Counted from the stretch's first letter, positions 1 to 10,867 are shown. The stretch is DNA of 43,464 nt from Octopus bimaculoides (GCF_001194135.2 NC_068981.1:81008521-81051984), one strand, 5' to 3'. Made by a program: numbers and translations. The notes: generated from the letters alone by a model not told the origin.

Positions 1-375
1 GTCTCGGTCAGTAGTCATCGCCTCGGTGAGGCCCAATGTTCGAAGGTCTTGCCTCACCACCTCAGCCCAGGTCTTCCTGGGCCTACCTCTTCCATGGGTT
101 CCCTCAACTGTCAGGGAGTGGCACTTTTTCATGCAGCTATCCTCATTCATTCTCACCACATGTCCAAACCAGCGCAATCGTCTCTCTTGCACACCACTAC
201 TGACGCTTCTTATGTACAGCTTTTCTCTCAAGATACTTACACTCTGACGGGTATGCACATTTACATTACACATCCAGCGGAGCATACTGGCTTCATTCCT
301 TGCGAGCTTACGCATGTCCTCAGCAGTCACAGCCCATGTTTCACTGCCATGTAGCATGGCTGTTCGTACACATGG
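1..375 (-). mobile_element. RTE-clade LINE, 5'-truncated, ORF C-terminal region (runs off the window)
   Basis: Minus frame from 357 to 1 is open for 119 codons: MLHGSETWAVTAEDMRKLARNEASMLRWMC...RRLRWFGHVVRMNEDSC...GRGRPRKTWAEVVRQDL. GSETW, LRWFGHV.RM and RGRPRKTW are hallmark post-RT motifs of RTE LINEs. Confidence 0.93.
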
Positions 376-400
376 ATATATATGTATATGTATATATATT

Positions 401-404
<4 letters not shown>

Positions 405-440
<36 letters not shown>
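405..440. repeat. (TG)n microsatellite
   Basis: Perfect TG run. Confidence 0.97.
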
Positions 441-441
<1 letters not shown>

Positions 442-877
442 ATATACACACATCATCATCATCATTATCATTGTTTAATGTCCACCTTCCATGCAGAACC
501 TGAAATCTCCTAGTTTGAAATCAAGCTTCTTAAACCTTACAGCCACGCCTGCACCTATAATGAGGCATAAGTCCTAAGGTTTTGGTGAGGAAGGATAACA
601 ATCCCTTAAATAAACTCAGTGCTTGACTACTACTTATATTACTGGTATAAAATTGGCCTACATGGGAATGGCAGTATCTCCATGTGATCATTCAACCTGA
701 TAGAAATACCTGCAAACCTCTCTGAAATCACATACAAGAATGGCAAATTAATTAATGTAGATTTGAGTCCCTTGTACTTCAGTAAAAAGGCAGGATAGGC
801 AGAACTGCAATATCTTTGATTACAGGTCTGCTTAGTTAAAGCTGACCTGGCCCTAAAAAAAAACAACCTAACCTCTG

Positions 878-1113
878 TAATAATAATAATAATGATGGTT
901 TCAAACTTTGCCACAATGGCAGCAATTATGGCGGGAGGGGATGAGTTGATTACATTGACCCCAGTTTTACAACAGGTACTTATTTTGATTGACCCCCAAA
1001 AGGATGAAAGGCAAAGTTGACCTCAGCGGAATTTGACCTCAGAACAGAGTGATGGGCGAAATACCACTAAGCATTTCATCCAGTGTGCTAATGGTTATGC
1101 CAGCTCACCGCCT
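878..1113 (-). mobile_element. tRNA-derived SINE family C
   Basis: Reverse complement has head ggcggtgagctggcat..., B-box-like ttctgaggtcaaattcc, central gtcaactttgcctttcatcctt, and a (TTA)n tail; same family recurs at least 9 times in the window. Confidence 0.85.
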
Positions 1114-1225
1114 TATGTAATAATAATAATAATAATAATGATGATTTCCAACATGGTAAGCAAACCTTACTGAAATTGTCAACACACTTGAGAGAGGTAT
1201 GTATGCTATGTATCATGCATAAGTA

Positions 1226-1607
1226 GAGGCGCAATGGCCCAGTGGTTAGGGCAGCGGACTCGCGGTCATAGGATCACGGTTTCGATTCCCAGACCGGGCA
1301 TTGTGAGTGTTTATTGAACGAAAACACCTAAAGCTCCTCAAGGCTCCGGCAGGGGATGGTGGCGAACCCTGCTGTACTCTTTCACCACAGTTTTCTCTCA
1401 CTCTTACTTCCTGTTTCTGTTGTACCTGTAATTCAAAGGGCCAGCCTTGTCACACTGTGCCACGCTGAATATCCCCGAGAACTACGTTAAGGGTACACGT
1501 GTCTGTGGAGTGCTCAGCCACTTGCACATTAATTTCACGAGCAGGCTGTTCCATTGATCGGATCAACTGGAACCCTCGACATCATAAGCAACGGAGTGCC
1601 AACAACA
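1226..1607 (+). mobile_element. tRNA-derived SINE family A (OR-like), full length
   Basis: A box TGGCCCAGTGG, B box GGTTTCGATTCC, ~380 bp ending gagtgccaacaac; near-identical copies at 16144-16512 and 23016-23386. Confidence 0.92.
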
Positions 1608-1653
1608 TCATGAATAAGTATGCAAAGAAAAAGATCTTCAGTCATCCATGCAT

Positions 1654-1655
<2 letters not shown>

Positions 1656-1696
<41 letters not shown>
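1656..1696. repeat. (CA)n microsatellite
   Basis: Perfect AC run. Confidence 0.97.
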
Positions 1697-1702
<6 letters not shown>

Positions 1703-2099
1703 CATATATGTATATATACGATGTCATGAAGATGGATTTATTTAACTCCAGCTCATGACTAATTAAACAGACCTATGACAAAGAACTTCTGGGTTCTTTT
1801 TTTTCTTTTTTAAAATAATGTACCCAGGACTACATTATCCATTGTGCAGTTTCTATTTCAGGCAGGTCAAGCAACGGCACAAAGCAAAGGAATTTAATAT
1901 AAAAAAAAAGAAGAAACTGGTGTGTTCATACACATATATACTGACACACATCACGTATATTTACCAAATGAAACTTGAAATTTCTAAAAAATATTGTGTC
2001 AGTGTGTATGTTTACGAGTCTACCAATATTCTTTTTCATATTAAATAATGATATAATCGTAATGTACACACTCTGAAAAGTATTCTTTTATTCTTTTCT

Positions 2100-2728
2100 T
2101 TTATTCATTTGTTTGTTTGTTTCAGTCATTTGACTGTGGCCTTGCTAGAGCACCGCTTTTAGTTGAACACATCAACCCCAGGACTTATTCTTTGTAATCC
2201 TAGTACTTATTCTATCAGTCTCTTTTGACAAACCACTAAGTTATGGGGACATAAACACACTAATATCGGTTGTCAAGCTATGTTGGGGATACAGACACAT
2301 GCATGTATATATCTATATATATATCGTTTTTGGATTTGGTTTGCAAGATTTTTTATGTGATTTCGTGTGTTGAAGCATATTTTGTTGTCTGGGGAGAGTC
2401 ATTTTCTTATTGTGCCTTAAAATTTAACACACTCACTGGTAAAATTTTCACTTATTTCTTATTTTTATTTTCCGAAATAGACTATTGAAAAGGTTGCAAG
2501 ACGCAACGAAAATTTTAGGAAAATAAAAATAAGAAATAAGTGGAAATTTTACCGGTGAGTGCGTTAAATTTTAAGGCACAATAAGAAAATGACTCTCCCC
2601 AGATACAACAGTATGTATATATATATATGTATGTATACACGACGGGCTTCTTTCAGTTTCCATCTACCAAATCCACTCACAAGGCTTTGGTTGGCCTGAG
2701 TCTATAGTAGAAGGCACTTACCCAAGGT
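2100..2728 (-). mobile_element. CORE-type SINE family B, interrupted and head-truncated
   Basis: Reverse complement of the CORE-like block (accttgggtaagtgccttctactatag...gagtggatttggtagatggaaactgaaagaagcccgtcg) and of the tail (...cagtcaaatgactgaaac); foreign insert at 2324-2610. Confidence 0.85.
2324..2610. mobile_element. Tail-to-tail inverted pair of a Helitron-like non-autonomous element
   Basis: ~90-bp near-perfect inverted repeat 2383-2473 / 2518-2610. The + copy starts A|TC at 2324. The - copy has a GTTGC-N5-GCAAC palindrome (2493-2507) 11 nt from its end. The inverted repeat is certain; the Helitron class is inferred. Confidence 0.55.
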
Positions 2729-3046
2729 CTTTGTAGAAAATTTCATAAATATTTGTGACAGATATGAGGAAACAAAATCGACTTAAGTGAATTTTCAGAA
2801 ACTCCTCAACCCACTCACGGAATTTTTTTATCCGCCCCAAATTCCGATATAATTGGAATCTACACCATCTGAAACGTACATGTAGTAAATTCGATTTAAA
2901 AAATATCTTTTTCCTGGAAGTTATGAGAAAACAAAATATTTCCATTGTAATAAAACAACCCCTTCCTCTCTCTCTCTAGGCGTTTGACAATCGATGACCG
3001 CAGAATAACTTCAAAATTTTAACTTAGGAAATCCTTCGGTCTTAAG
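2729..3046. mobile_element. Probable DNA-transposon fragment truncating the SINE
   Basis: Abruptly replaces the SINE head after cccaaggt, is CpG-containing and runs into the gap; family not recognised. Confidence 0.35.
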
Positions 3047-3218
3047 NNNNNNNNNNNNNNNNNNNNNNNNNNNNNNNNNNNNNNNNNNNNNNNNNNNNNN
3101 NNNNNNNNNNNNNNNNNNNNNNNNNNNNNNNNNNNNNNNNNNNNNNNNNNNNNNNNNNNNNNNNNNNNNNNNNNNNNNNNNNNNNNNNNNNNNNNNNNNN
3201 NNNNNNNNNNNNNNNNNN
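3047..3218. other. Assembly gap (172 N) followed by (AT)n to 3270
   Basis: N run. Confidence 1.
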
Positions 3219-3272
<54 letters not shown>

Positions 3273-3660
3273 TGCGGTAGAAAAATAAACTAATTTGTTG
3301 TTTTTAACCTCTTATATATATTATTTGTAGGGTAAAGAGGTTGTATGCAGAAATTCATCCGAATAAGTTAAATAATAATCTTGTATTGAGTACTATTTCC
3401 CGCGTTCTAGACATCTGTGTGCATATAAATATATAAACATCACCCTCTTTATGTGTGTGTGTGTGTCGTCCCCCACGTCGTTAAATAAATAAGGCGAAAA
3501 CAATAGACAGAGTTACAGGACTGTTTATTGAAAACATTTGTGGTGAAGAATAACATGAGAGAAGAGGTGAGAAGAAGGAAGAGTGAGCGTGGGTATTATT
3601 GTGTCTACGAAGTTTATGACTGAATTAGTTGCAAGCAACAGTATGAAAAAGAATAAGGTG

Positions 3661-3750
3661 TCAGATATTACCGGCAAATAGACCGCCTCTGCATTTAGGA
3701 AAAGTATCAGTCTTCCTTCCCTTTCTGTGGCTGCTAATTGATTTAACTAC
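3661..3750 (-). CDS. Candidate terminal exon on - strand (VVKSISSHRKGRKTDTFPKCRGGLFAGNI*)
   Basis: Acceptor tctattacag at 3760-3751; only phase 0 is open; a GTAAGT donor on - at 4727 joins in this frame. No homology recognised. Confidence 0.2.
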   Translation of the reverse strand, partial: VVKSISSHRKGRKTDTFPKCRGGLFAGNI

Positions 3751-4151
3751 CTGTAATAGACTGCTAGACATCGTACCGCCGCTTCTACTAAGTTATGTAT
3801 GTATGTATAAGTAAGTATATATACTTACTTACATATGAGTATATATAATATTACCTGATATTAACAACAACTTTTATAATGACAATGTAGGATGGTCACT
3901 GTTCTATTGACAAGTTTTCTGTCTGCGTATTTATTTACTTGTTATTAAATAAAATCAACTTTAAGCGAGCGAATCATTGGACTGTACATGATTAAGATTA
4001 ACCATGAATCCCAGTACTGATTTGTTAGTTTTATCGAAGTTCGGCAACCAAACAAACGAATAAAAAAAATTTAACAACAGGTAATAATACGGGAGAAACA
4101 GAAGTTGGTTTAAAAACTTCTCCATTCTCTATACATTACACATATACAAAG

Positions 4152-4259
4152 AGGAGACCTGCAGTCCAGTTCTTCAATGATGAAATCCTTTCGGAGAACG
4201 TCCTCTTATTCGGATTATGATAACATACTGTTTACGGATAAATCCCCTGATTTATACAG
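4152..4259 (+). CDS. Candidate exon (GDLQSSSS)MMKSFRRTSSYSDYDNILFTDKSPDLY
   Basis: Open frame with ATG at 4177 ending at donor CAG|GTACGT (4259/4260); possible acceptor tacaaag at 4151 gives a symmetric 108-nt exon. No family recognised. Confidence 0.35.
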
Positions 4260-4963
4260 GTACGTATATTTACACATTCGTGTCTCATAAACTGAAGTAG
4301 TAGTTGTATCAACCACTTCGTCTGTCATTCAAGCACCCTTCGCTCGATGTTAGTTCACGTATTTAATTTTTTTTTCTACTTTGTGCGCAGAGTCTGCATA
4401 GTTTATACAACATCTACTACATACTTTAATTCCAGAACAAAACACTTCATCTTTTTCCCACTATTATCACCTCCATTTACATTAATAAGTCGAATTAAAA
4501 CCAGAAAACTTTTTCTACCAAAGCTATTTTATCTGATTGCTTTTATAAAACCACTCTTGCAGAGCAGAAATTTGATAACAGCTATCTTAAACATAACTTC
4601 TTTCACACCTGCTTCAATCGTTTATTATTATTATTTTAATAAAACCAATGAGGTCAGAGAGGAAGAAAATTCCAGACGAGTCGAATGCACGGTTTGGTTT
4701 CAATTCCAAGTATTTTAATAAACTTACGCACACCACCCGTTTTCGGCGTAACAAAAACTGTAAACATCGGGTGTACGTGTTCTTTACTTTCGCCCAAGTG
4801 TGTACCTCTGTAAACTCATTGTATTTTTTTCAGTTTCATCTATATCTACAATAATTTTTTGTTTATTTATTATTATTATCTATACGCAATCAATATTCAT
4901 TTCACAACGAAGGGATGTAAAGATAACTGAGGCATATAAAGTGCCAAACTAGATGTATTACGG

Positions 4964-5052
4964 CAGTAGTTCCCAACATTTTCACTACCAAAGGACTCCT
5001 TTTATTTAAATGAATTTTGCCACGGACCCCTTTTAATATACTTATCCTTGTT

Positions 5053-5093
<41 letters not shown>

Positions 5094-5156
5094 AAATTTA
5101 ATTCAGTTCACGGGCCTCTAGTACTACCTTTGCGGACCACAGGTTGAGAACCACTG
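4964..5156. mobile_element. hAT (Charlie-like) MITE
   Basis: TIRs CAGTAGTTCCCAAC / GTTGAGAACCACTG; 8-bp flanks TATTACGG (4956-4963) and TATTACAG (5157-5164), 7/8 match. Confidence 0.88.
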
Positions 5157-5792
5157 TATTACAGTGTAGTTTCATTATGCTCGGTCTGAAGTTCATACTC
5201 TGGCGAAACCGATTAATATTTTATCCTTCCAGATCCAATAACATATTTGTGTCGACTCAATCAATGACACGCCTACCTACATAATCAATATTCATGATAC
5301 TATTAATCTATCTTGTTTGTTTAAAGAAAATACAGAAGTAATAATACCCCCATTACTACCTCTATAACTGTTGTTTTTCTCTCCCTGTTTTTAGAGAAAT
5401 AAAGAATGGGATTTAAACCTATGGGAAACCCGCCAACGCCTTTCCCACGTCATCTCATTCATTTCTTAAAATGTTACGCATTAAGATTGTCAGAACAACG
5501 TAGTTTCAATTGGTTTTGTTTTTAATCTTATACACCTTCTATTCTCTCTACTCTGCCTCCCTCACTCCTTCTGATCTACCTCTTGACGTTGCTCTAATTA
5601 CACGCCTTGAGTATCAGCGGGGTCAATTAAAACAAGCTGCTAGTCATTAAATACTGTCTTTCTAACCTATAATAATTATTATGACAACCTAAAAGTTGGA
5701 TATGTGCAACTTAATTGCATGTGCTTTGTTACTCAGCACACATTTCATTACACGTTTGAAGCACGGTGGGAGCCTATTTGTTTTTGTTTGTA

Positions 5793-5827
<35 letters not shown>

Positions 5828-6165
5828 GCTATGTATGTAAGTAATTACACAGGCACTGTGTAGTGACTGTGGAAACAAATTCAAAATTAACTATGGATAA
5901 GTTGTGTACAGCGAAAGTCTTTGATTTCTTTACATTTGACTGTCCCACTTATAAACCTGTCCTCGCAGTGCGTTTACTGTGAAATAACTTTTTTAAAAAG
6001 AATGAAAGAATATTTTTGTGTGAAGTCCAACGCGTGAGGTTAAAGCCTAACTACATTTGTTGCAAACGTGTAACAGTTTGTCACATCAAGTTGTTTGTGA
6101 AGCATCAGATACACGATTTTGATTTCTCATACAGCGGTGCAGTATCACTTGATTAATTAGGACTC

Positions 6166-6505
6166 AAGCCTGGTCAAGTGGTTAAAGAGTTCGCTTCGCA
6201 ATTATGAGATCCTGGGTTTGTTCTCAATTCATGACATCTTGGTGAAGTGTCTTTTATTGTAGCCTCAAGTCTACCTAAGCTTTCAGAGTGAAACAAAAAC
6301 TGACGAAAAATACATAATTCTGTCGGCTAGACTCTAATTCCGAGAGTGGGGGTTGCTTTGTCATAGTGTCGCACTATAATCCTAATTCTACCTGTGATTA
6401 AGATTAAGAGTACATATGTCTGTGGAATACTTTCTCACATTATAAATCAATGAGCAGGCAGTTCAGTTGATCGAACAACTAGAATATTCATTATTGAATC
6501 CAACA
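6166..6505 (+). mobile_element. Old chimeric SINE: CORE-type head plus family-A-like 3' half
   Basis: gtcaagtggttaaagagttcgc head, ttggtgaagtgtcttttattgtagcctc core, then gagtacatatgtctgtggaatact...gagcaggcagttcagttgatcgaacaact matching the family A tail. Confidence 0.65.
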
Positions 6506-6599
6506 TATCCATTTCAAGCGGCATTAGCAACGCAAACGAAGTAAAAGGGTTACCATCGAATCGTGTCACCATTACTTTGTTCGCTGACACTTTTGATTT

Positions 6600-7300
6600 C
6601 TCTTAAAGCATTGCAAATGATATAGTCTTTTCACATAGTATTAAATGAAAAAGATTATAACTTGGCATTCTTTCGTGGCTAAAGTTCTAATACATTTTAC
6701 AATATTGTTTGTCTTCCTTTAATATCTTTCAATACTTATTGACAAGATTTCTATTACGAACAATTGTGCGTTTTTAGAAAAACATAAATCCGAAGAAGCA
6801 CACTCTAATAAATAGAGCAGTCTATATTTTTATCTGGTGATGACTGGTTTATGAGGTTACCCTGGGTTTCCCGTCCATAAAGGGTTCAACTAAGACCTCT
6901 TTAAATATATAGTTGTCAAAGAATGTTTGTAAAAATATGTTGACTCGCAACTGGAAAATGTCAACTGATCGTTCGCTTTATTTTTCATTTTCTATATAGG
7001 TCATATCAGATGTTTTACTCTGTTTGTACAACTTATATGTTCTCGATGCTTTAAGTTGAGTTTCAGTCTTCGATCGGCCTTCTCTTTATGCGTGTTCGAT
7101 TATTTCCTCGTTGTTAAAAAGGTTTAAAGTTGAAGATAAATTTCGGAACTCATCTTCACACCAACTAATTCTATTAACTGTTTATTGCTGCTGACGATGA
7201 CCATCTCTCGTCCCTCGGACCATAGTGTTTTCTCTTATGTATTGCTCATTAGTAAATTTTGTTTCATCTTAGCGTGAATAACTATAATCATGCTTTGACA
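6600..7300 (-). mobile_element. Possible highly degenerate LINE ORF2 C-terminal remnant
   Basis: One minus frame with scattered stops reads ...KASRTYKLYKQSKTSDMTYIENEK*SERSVDIFQLRVN..., loosely like the LRTY..FK...YL...R...F.LR segment of LINE C-termini. Confidence 0.25.
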
Positions 7301-7802
7301 GAAGATAATAGATGGCCGAGAAAGATACAATAGACAGGCAAAAGATAACTTTAGTTCACACACTTGTTCCTCTTCCTGGTTATTAGTAAATTTATTCCCA
7401 GGAAAGGTCAACGTGTTCTCGCACTCTTAAATGCATTTACGTTAACATGTTTCTACTACGTGTTCCCACCTATTGAAATAATAATGTTTGTTGAAAGGTT
7501 ACAAGTTCATAGGTCAAGTTCTCAATTGTCTTTCTCTCCCTCCCAATTCACTCTCTCTGGCCTTTTCCTTTCGAAGGCTGCCTCCACCCACGCACAACTC
7601 GTAACCTCTTAGTTAGCACTCGTCATTTGCCAACAATTCTGTCTGAACATCTCTTATCTGCCACTGCTGAAACTTAAGACTTCCTCCTTGACTGTTTACC
7701 TGCAGTTGTTGAGTAGAGCTTTGACAAAGGCATTCAAGATATGACAATCCCGTGTTTTGTTTTGCTTAGTAATAATCCCTTCGACTATAGACACAAGATC
7801 TG

Positions 7803-7947
7803 AAATTTGATGGGGAGCGGTGCTAATCGATCATATCGACCCCAGTGCTCAACTGGTACTTATTTCATCGCATTCGAAAAGGATGAAAGACGAGGCTGGC
7901 CTTGGCAGAATTTGAACTTAGACGTGCTAACAGTTCTGCCAGTTCAT
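7803..7947 (-). mobile_element. SINE family C, degenerate
   Basis: cgaccccagtgctcaactggtacttatttcatcg...aaggatgaaa...cagaatttgaactta matches the family C reverse complement. Confidence 0.75.
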
Positions 7948-7949
7948 TA

Positions 7950-8230
7950 CTTTCTTGTCCATCATGTCCTTTTTAAAGACTGCTACGTGTAGATCGAGAG
8001 CTGCTATTTCTCTCAACAGCGATCATATTCACATATACTCGCATTGATTCGCGAATGTATTGAGACTTTAATGTTCTGAATTGTGAAGGGATACGTGTAA
8101 ATTTTTAATAGTGTGTGTAATGTGTTGCTATTGATCTCCAGTGTCTGCAGTTATTGCTTCACTAGTATGTGTGTTTGTGTGGGAGACATTGAGCCACAAA
8201 TGTGTGTGTGTGTATATTTTGTAGTAAGCA
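7950..8230 (+). promoter_or_regulatory. Putative promoter or first-exon zone at the CpG boundary
   Basis: Last dense CpG cluster ends near 8095, downstream DNA is nearly CpG-free, and there is a possible donor GTA|GTAAGC at 8224. Indirect evidence only. Confidence 0.3.
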
Positions 8231-8300
8231 TATACTGTAATTTATAGTGTATCTTGAACACTGGATTACTGGTGGATGTATACTTTGATCCACTGCAATG

Positions 8301-8460
8301 TTATTTAACCCCAGGTCAACTTTGATTCAGTAAACCTATCATCAAAAAAATTTAAAGTTCTGATCATCCTGATTTTTTAAGGGCATCTATATCTAATTGT
8401 TTAAGACCAGAGGGATTTGGCTGCTGTTTCTAGTAGGTCAAGTGACCATATAAAGGGCTC
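8301..8460 (-). mobile_element. Interspersed repeat family D (SINE-like, ends ...ctggggctaaacaacaac)
   Basis: Shares ctgctagaaatagcagccaaatc and gctgacctggggctaaac motifs with copies near 13750, 15478, 23675, 29150, 37985 and 42950. Confidence 0.7.
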
Positions 8461-10220
8461 ATCATTTGCTCAGTCTACTACTATGTTCTTATATTGCTGT
8501 ATGCACTGTGATTGAATAAACACTATCTATGAAGTATGTAGCTTCCTAGAAAAATCCCCATTTACACCTTGTCATACACCTCTGAACTGCACAATGCATT
8601 TTGCAATATGCAAATTGGTGTTACCCATCCTTATACTGGATCAATTTTGACTAAAGTGAGAATTATGATTTTAGTGTTGAATATATTAGAGCAGCATTTG
8701 ACTAATTACTCACAACAGCAATAGAAGTCATATATAGAAGTGCATGTTTCATCCCTTTAAATACTTACTATACTGGTGTCTGGGGTATTGCAAATTCTTT
8801 GCAGCACATGTTACAAGGCTGTTGATGAAAGCTTTGTTACATATGTTAGAAATCCTTTAAAAAAAAAAAATCAATAAATTCTATTGTTAAAAAATATCAG
8901 TGTTTCATTATTATGAATTATAAAACCTCTCACAAAAGCAAAGCTAATATTCATATTATGGACACCACTTAACACAATGGGTTGATTGTTAATTTGTTCT
9001 GGGTTTTCATCATAAATTAGTCATTTGTTCTTCCTTCTAGCTTTCATCTTTCTCTATAACCCCTAAGCCATTGTCCAACCAACTTTTTCTACTACGTCTG
9101 TGAGGAATTGTTTTATGATTAGTTGAAATTTATTTAAATAACTAAGTTTTTCTTCCATGTGTGTGTGTGTTAGCTAAATCTGCACAAAATCAATACCAGG
9201 TACATTTTGGCTCAGTAATCTTCTTCCACCACCAAATCACATAGCACTATCATTACAACATAGACTCATCAATCAATCAAATCTACTTATCATAGCTCTC
9301 TCATTTCTGGGTAAAGTCCTTCCTTTCATCTCTCCATAACTTTCAGCTTCGTATGTTTGATCTCCCATTTTTGTCAAACCTTTCCAACTCATCCTCTATC
9401 ATATTCTTTGTCATCCCCTGCAGTCTGTTGGAATGCAATCTGTCAGCAGTTTTTTTTTTTTTTACTTACTTGTTCTCTCTTTTCCTCTGGACATGTCCAA
9501 CCCAACTCCAGTTCAACTATTTCCTTATTTAACTTTGTTCTTAGATCTAGTTCATTGTTTCAAGCTATTTCTATGTTATTCTAAGTATAATATGCTTGTG
9601 AGTATCTTCAGCTGTTCTTTTTAGCTTACCTGTTTCATCTTTTATGAAATTCCATGTTTTTCTGTTGTTTTTTTTGCTCCATAAGATATTGGGATGATGC
9701 ATGTGTTGTACACCTTTTAAATCTCACGGTATTATTAGTTGGTTGGTAACATTGAATATTTAGAAACCTTTATTTGTTGTGTTGATAAGCAATCAAACCT
9801 ATAAGAACAACATTGTTTGGAATTCACCATGGTAGCATCCCAGAGGAAACAGTGTCCTCTACCCTGTGGTCACAAAATCATACCACCTTATCTATTGCCA
9901 TGAATATGAAATAAACTGATTGGCTCTGAAATATAGAATATTGCTTCAGGCAGAATGCTTGCTTTGTTATCCTGTAGGTTTATCAAGCATCTTGAAGACC
10001 TACAATTATTTAAGCAGCAGGACAATCTGTATTCCTAAGCAAGTCATGGATTTTCCTGAACAGCATTTACATAAAGCAGAATATCAGTATCTCATCTCAA
10101 TATCATTATTTTTCATAATTCATTGCTACTCAATAAATTGCCAATGTTGGCAATTAGTAAGGTGTTCATTCACACAGCTGATAATTTGCCCTATGTGGAA
10201 AGTATATGAGCACAAATATT

Positions 10221-10807
10221 GGATCTTTTTTAAAAGGGGGGCCACATTTTTCATTAACGAAACACTTTGAAACTTGGAACACTGGTAGAATGTGTCATAT
10301 AAAACATCTTTTTCTCTTAGTCTACTTTAAAAAAAAAAGAAATCCATAAATTATTCCATGTTAAAGTTGTCGTATTTCTGTAATTTCAACCAATCACTGA
10401 CGTCCATTCAGCCGATATACATTAAGTGCCGACTACATAAACAAACGATTCTGAAACAATTAACCCTAACCCTAACTCTAACCCTAACCCTAACCTTAGG
10501 GTTAGGGTTAGAGTTAAAGCAAATTTAAAATGAAAAAAGCAAATAAAACGAAGGTATGGAGATTAAATACGCTTTACATCGCTTAATCAGCCAAAGGAGT
10601 AAATGTAAACAACTGAATACTTGTCAGTGATTGGTTGAAATTATCGAAATAAGACAATTTTTTACATGAAATAAATTCGAATACAAAAATATTTTTCTGT
10701 TCTATAACACAAAATAGATAAGTATACAAAGTTTGAAAGTCTTTCCGTACCAAAAGCACTACGTAAAACATTAATGAAAAATGCGGCCCCCGTTTTAAAA
10801 TAGATCC
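10221..10807. mobile_element. Foldback/MULE-like non-autonomous element with telomeric-repeat core
   Basis: Outer IR 10221-10259 vs 10769-10807 (35/39 identical), inner IR 10351-10401 vs 10623-10673, flanks CACAAATATT and CACAAAT[CT]ATT (10-bp TSD with a 2-nt insertion). Confidence 0.85.
10461..10516. repeat. Interstitial telomeric-type repeats (TAACCC)n-(TTAGGG)n forming a perfect 21-bp-arm palindrome
   Basis: 10473-10493 is the exact reverse complement of 10496-10516, with a CC loop. Confidence 0.95.
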
Positions 10808-10867
10808 CACAAATCTATTGATTACAATTCAGTAACAAGCTATCAAATTTAGATCTTATTTATTTAG

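Noticed and set aside
49-354. 101-aa + strand ORF as a gene
   Set aside because: Antisense shadow of the RTE LINE frame on the - strand.
1226-1300. tRNA gene (also at 16440-16512, 21991, 23016 and others)
   Set aside because: A and B boxes run into a conserved non-tRNA body repeated across the window; these are SINE heads without an intact cloverleaf.
5393-5475. Exon after the strong acceptor ctctccctgtttttag
   Set aside because: All three frames stop within 25 codons and no good donor follows; it could only be non-coding or terminal.
5580-5760. Homeodomain TAAT/ATTA site cluster as an enhancer
   Set aside because: Expected by chance at this AT content; cannot be supported without conservation data.
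9455-9660. Minus-strand exons ending at GTAAGT/GTAAGC donors near 9470 and 9629
   Set aside because: No adequate acceptor tracts, and an in-frame stop precedes the longer open stretch.
10461-10516. Ancient telomere-telomere fusion site
   Set aside because: End-to-end fusions give (TTAGGG)n-(CCCTAA)n; here the order is reversed, the tract is only ~56 bp, and it is enclosed by transposon inverted repeats.
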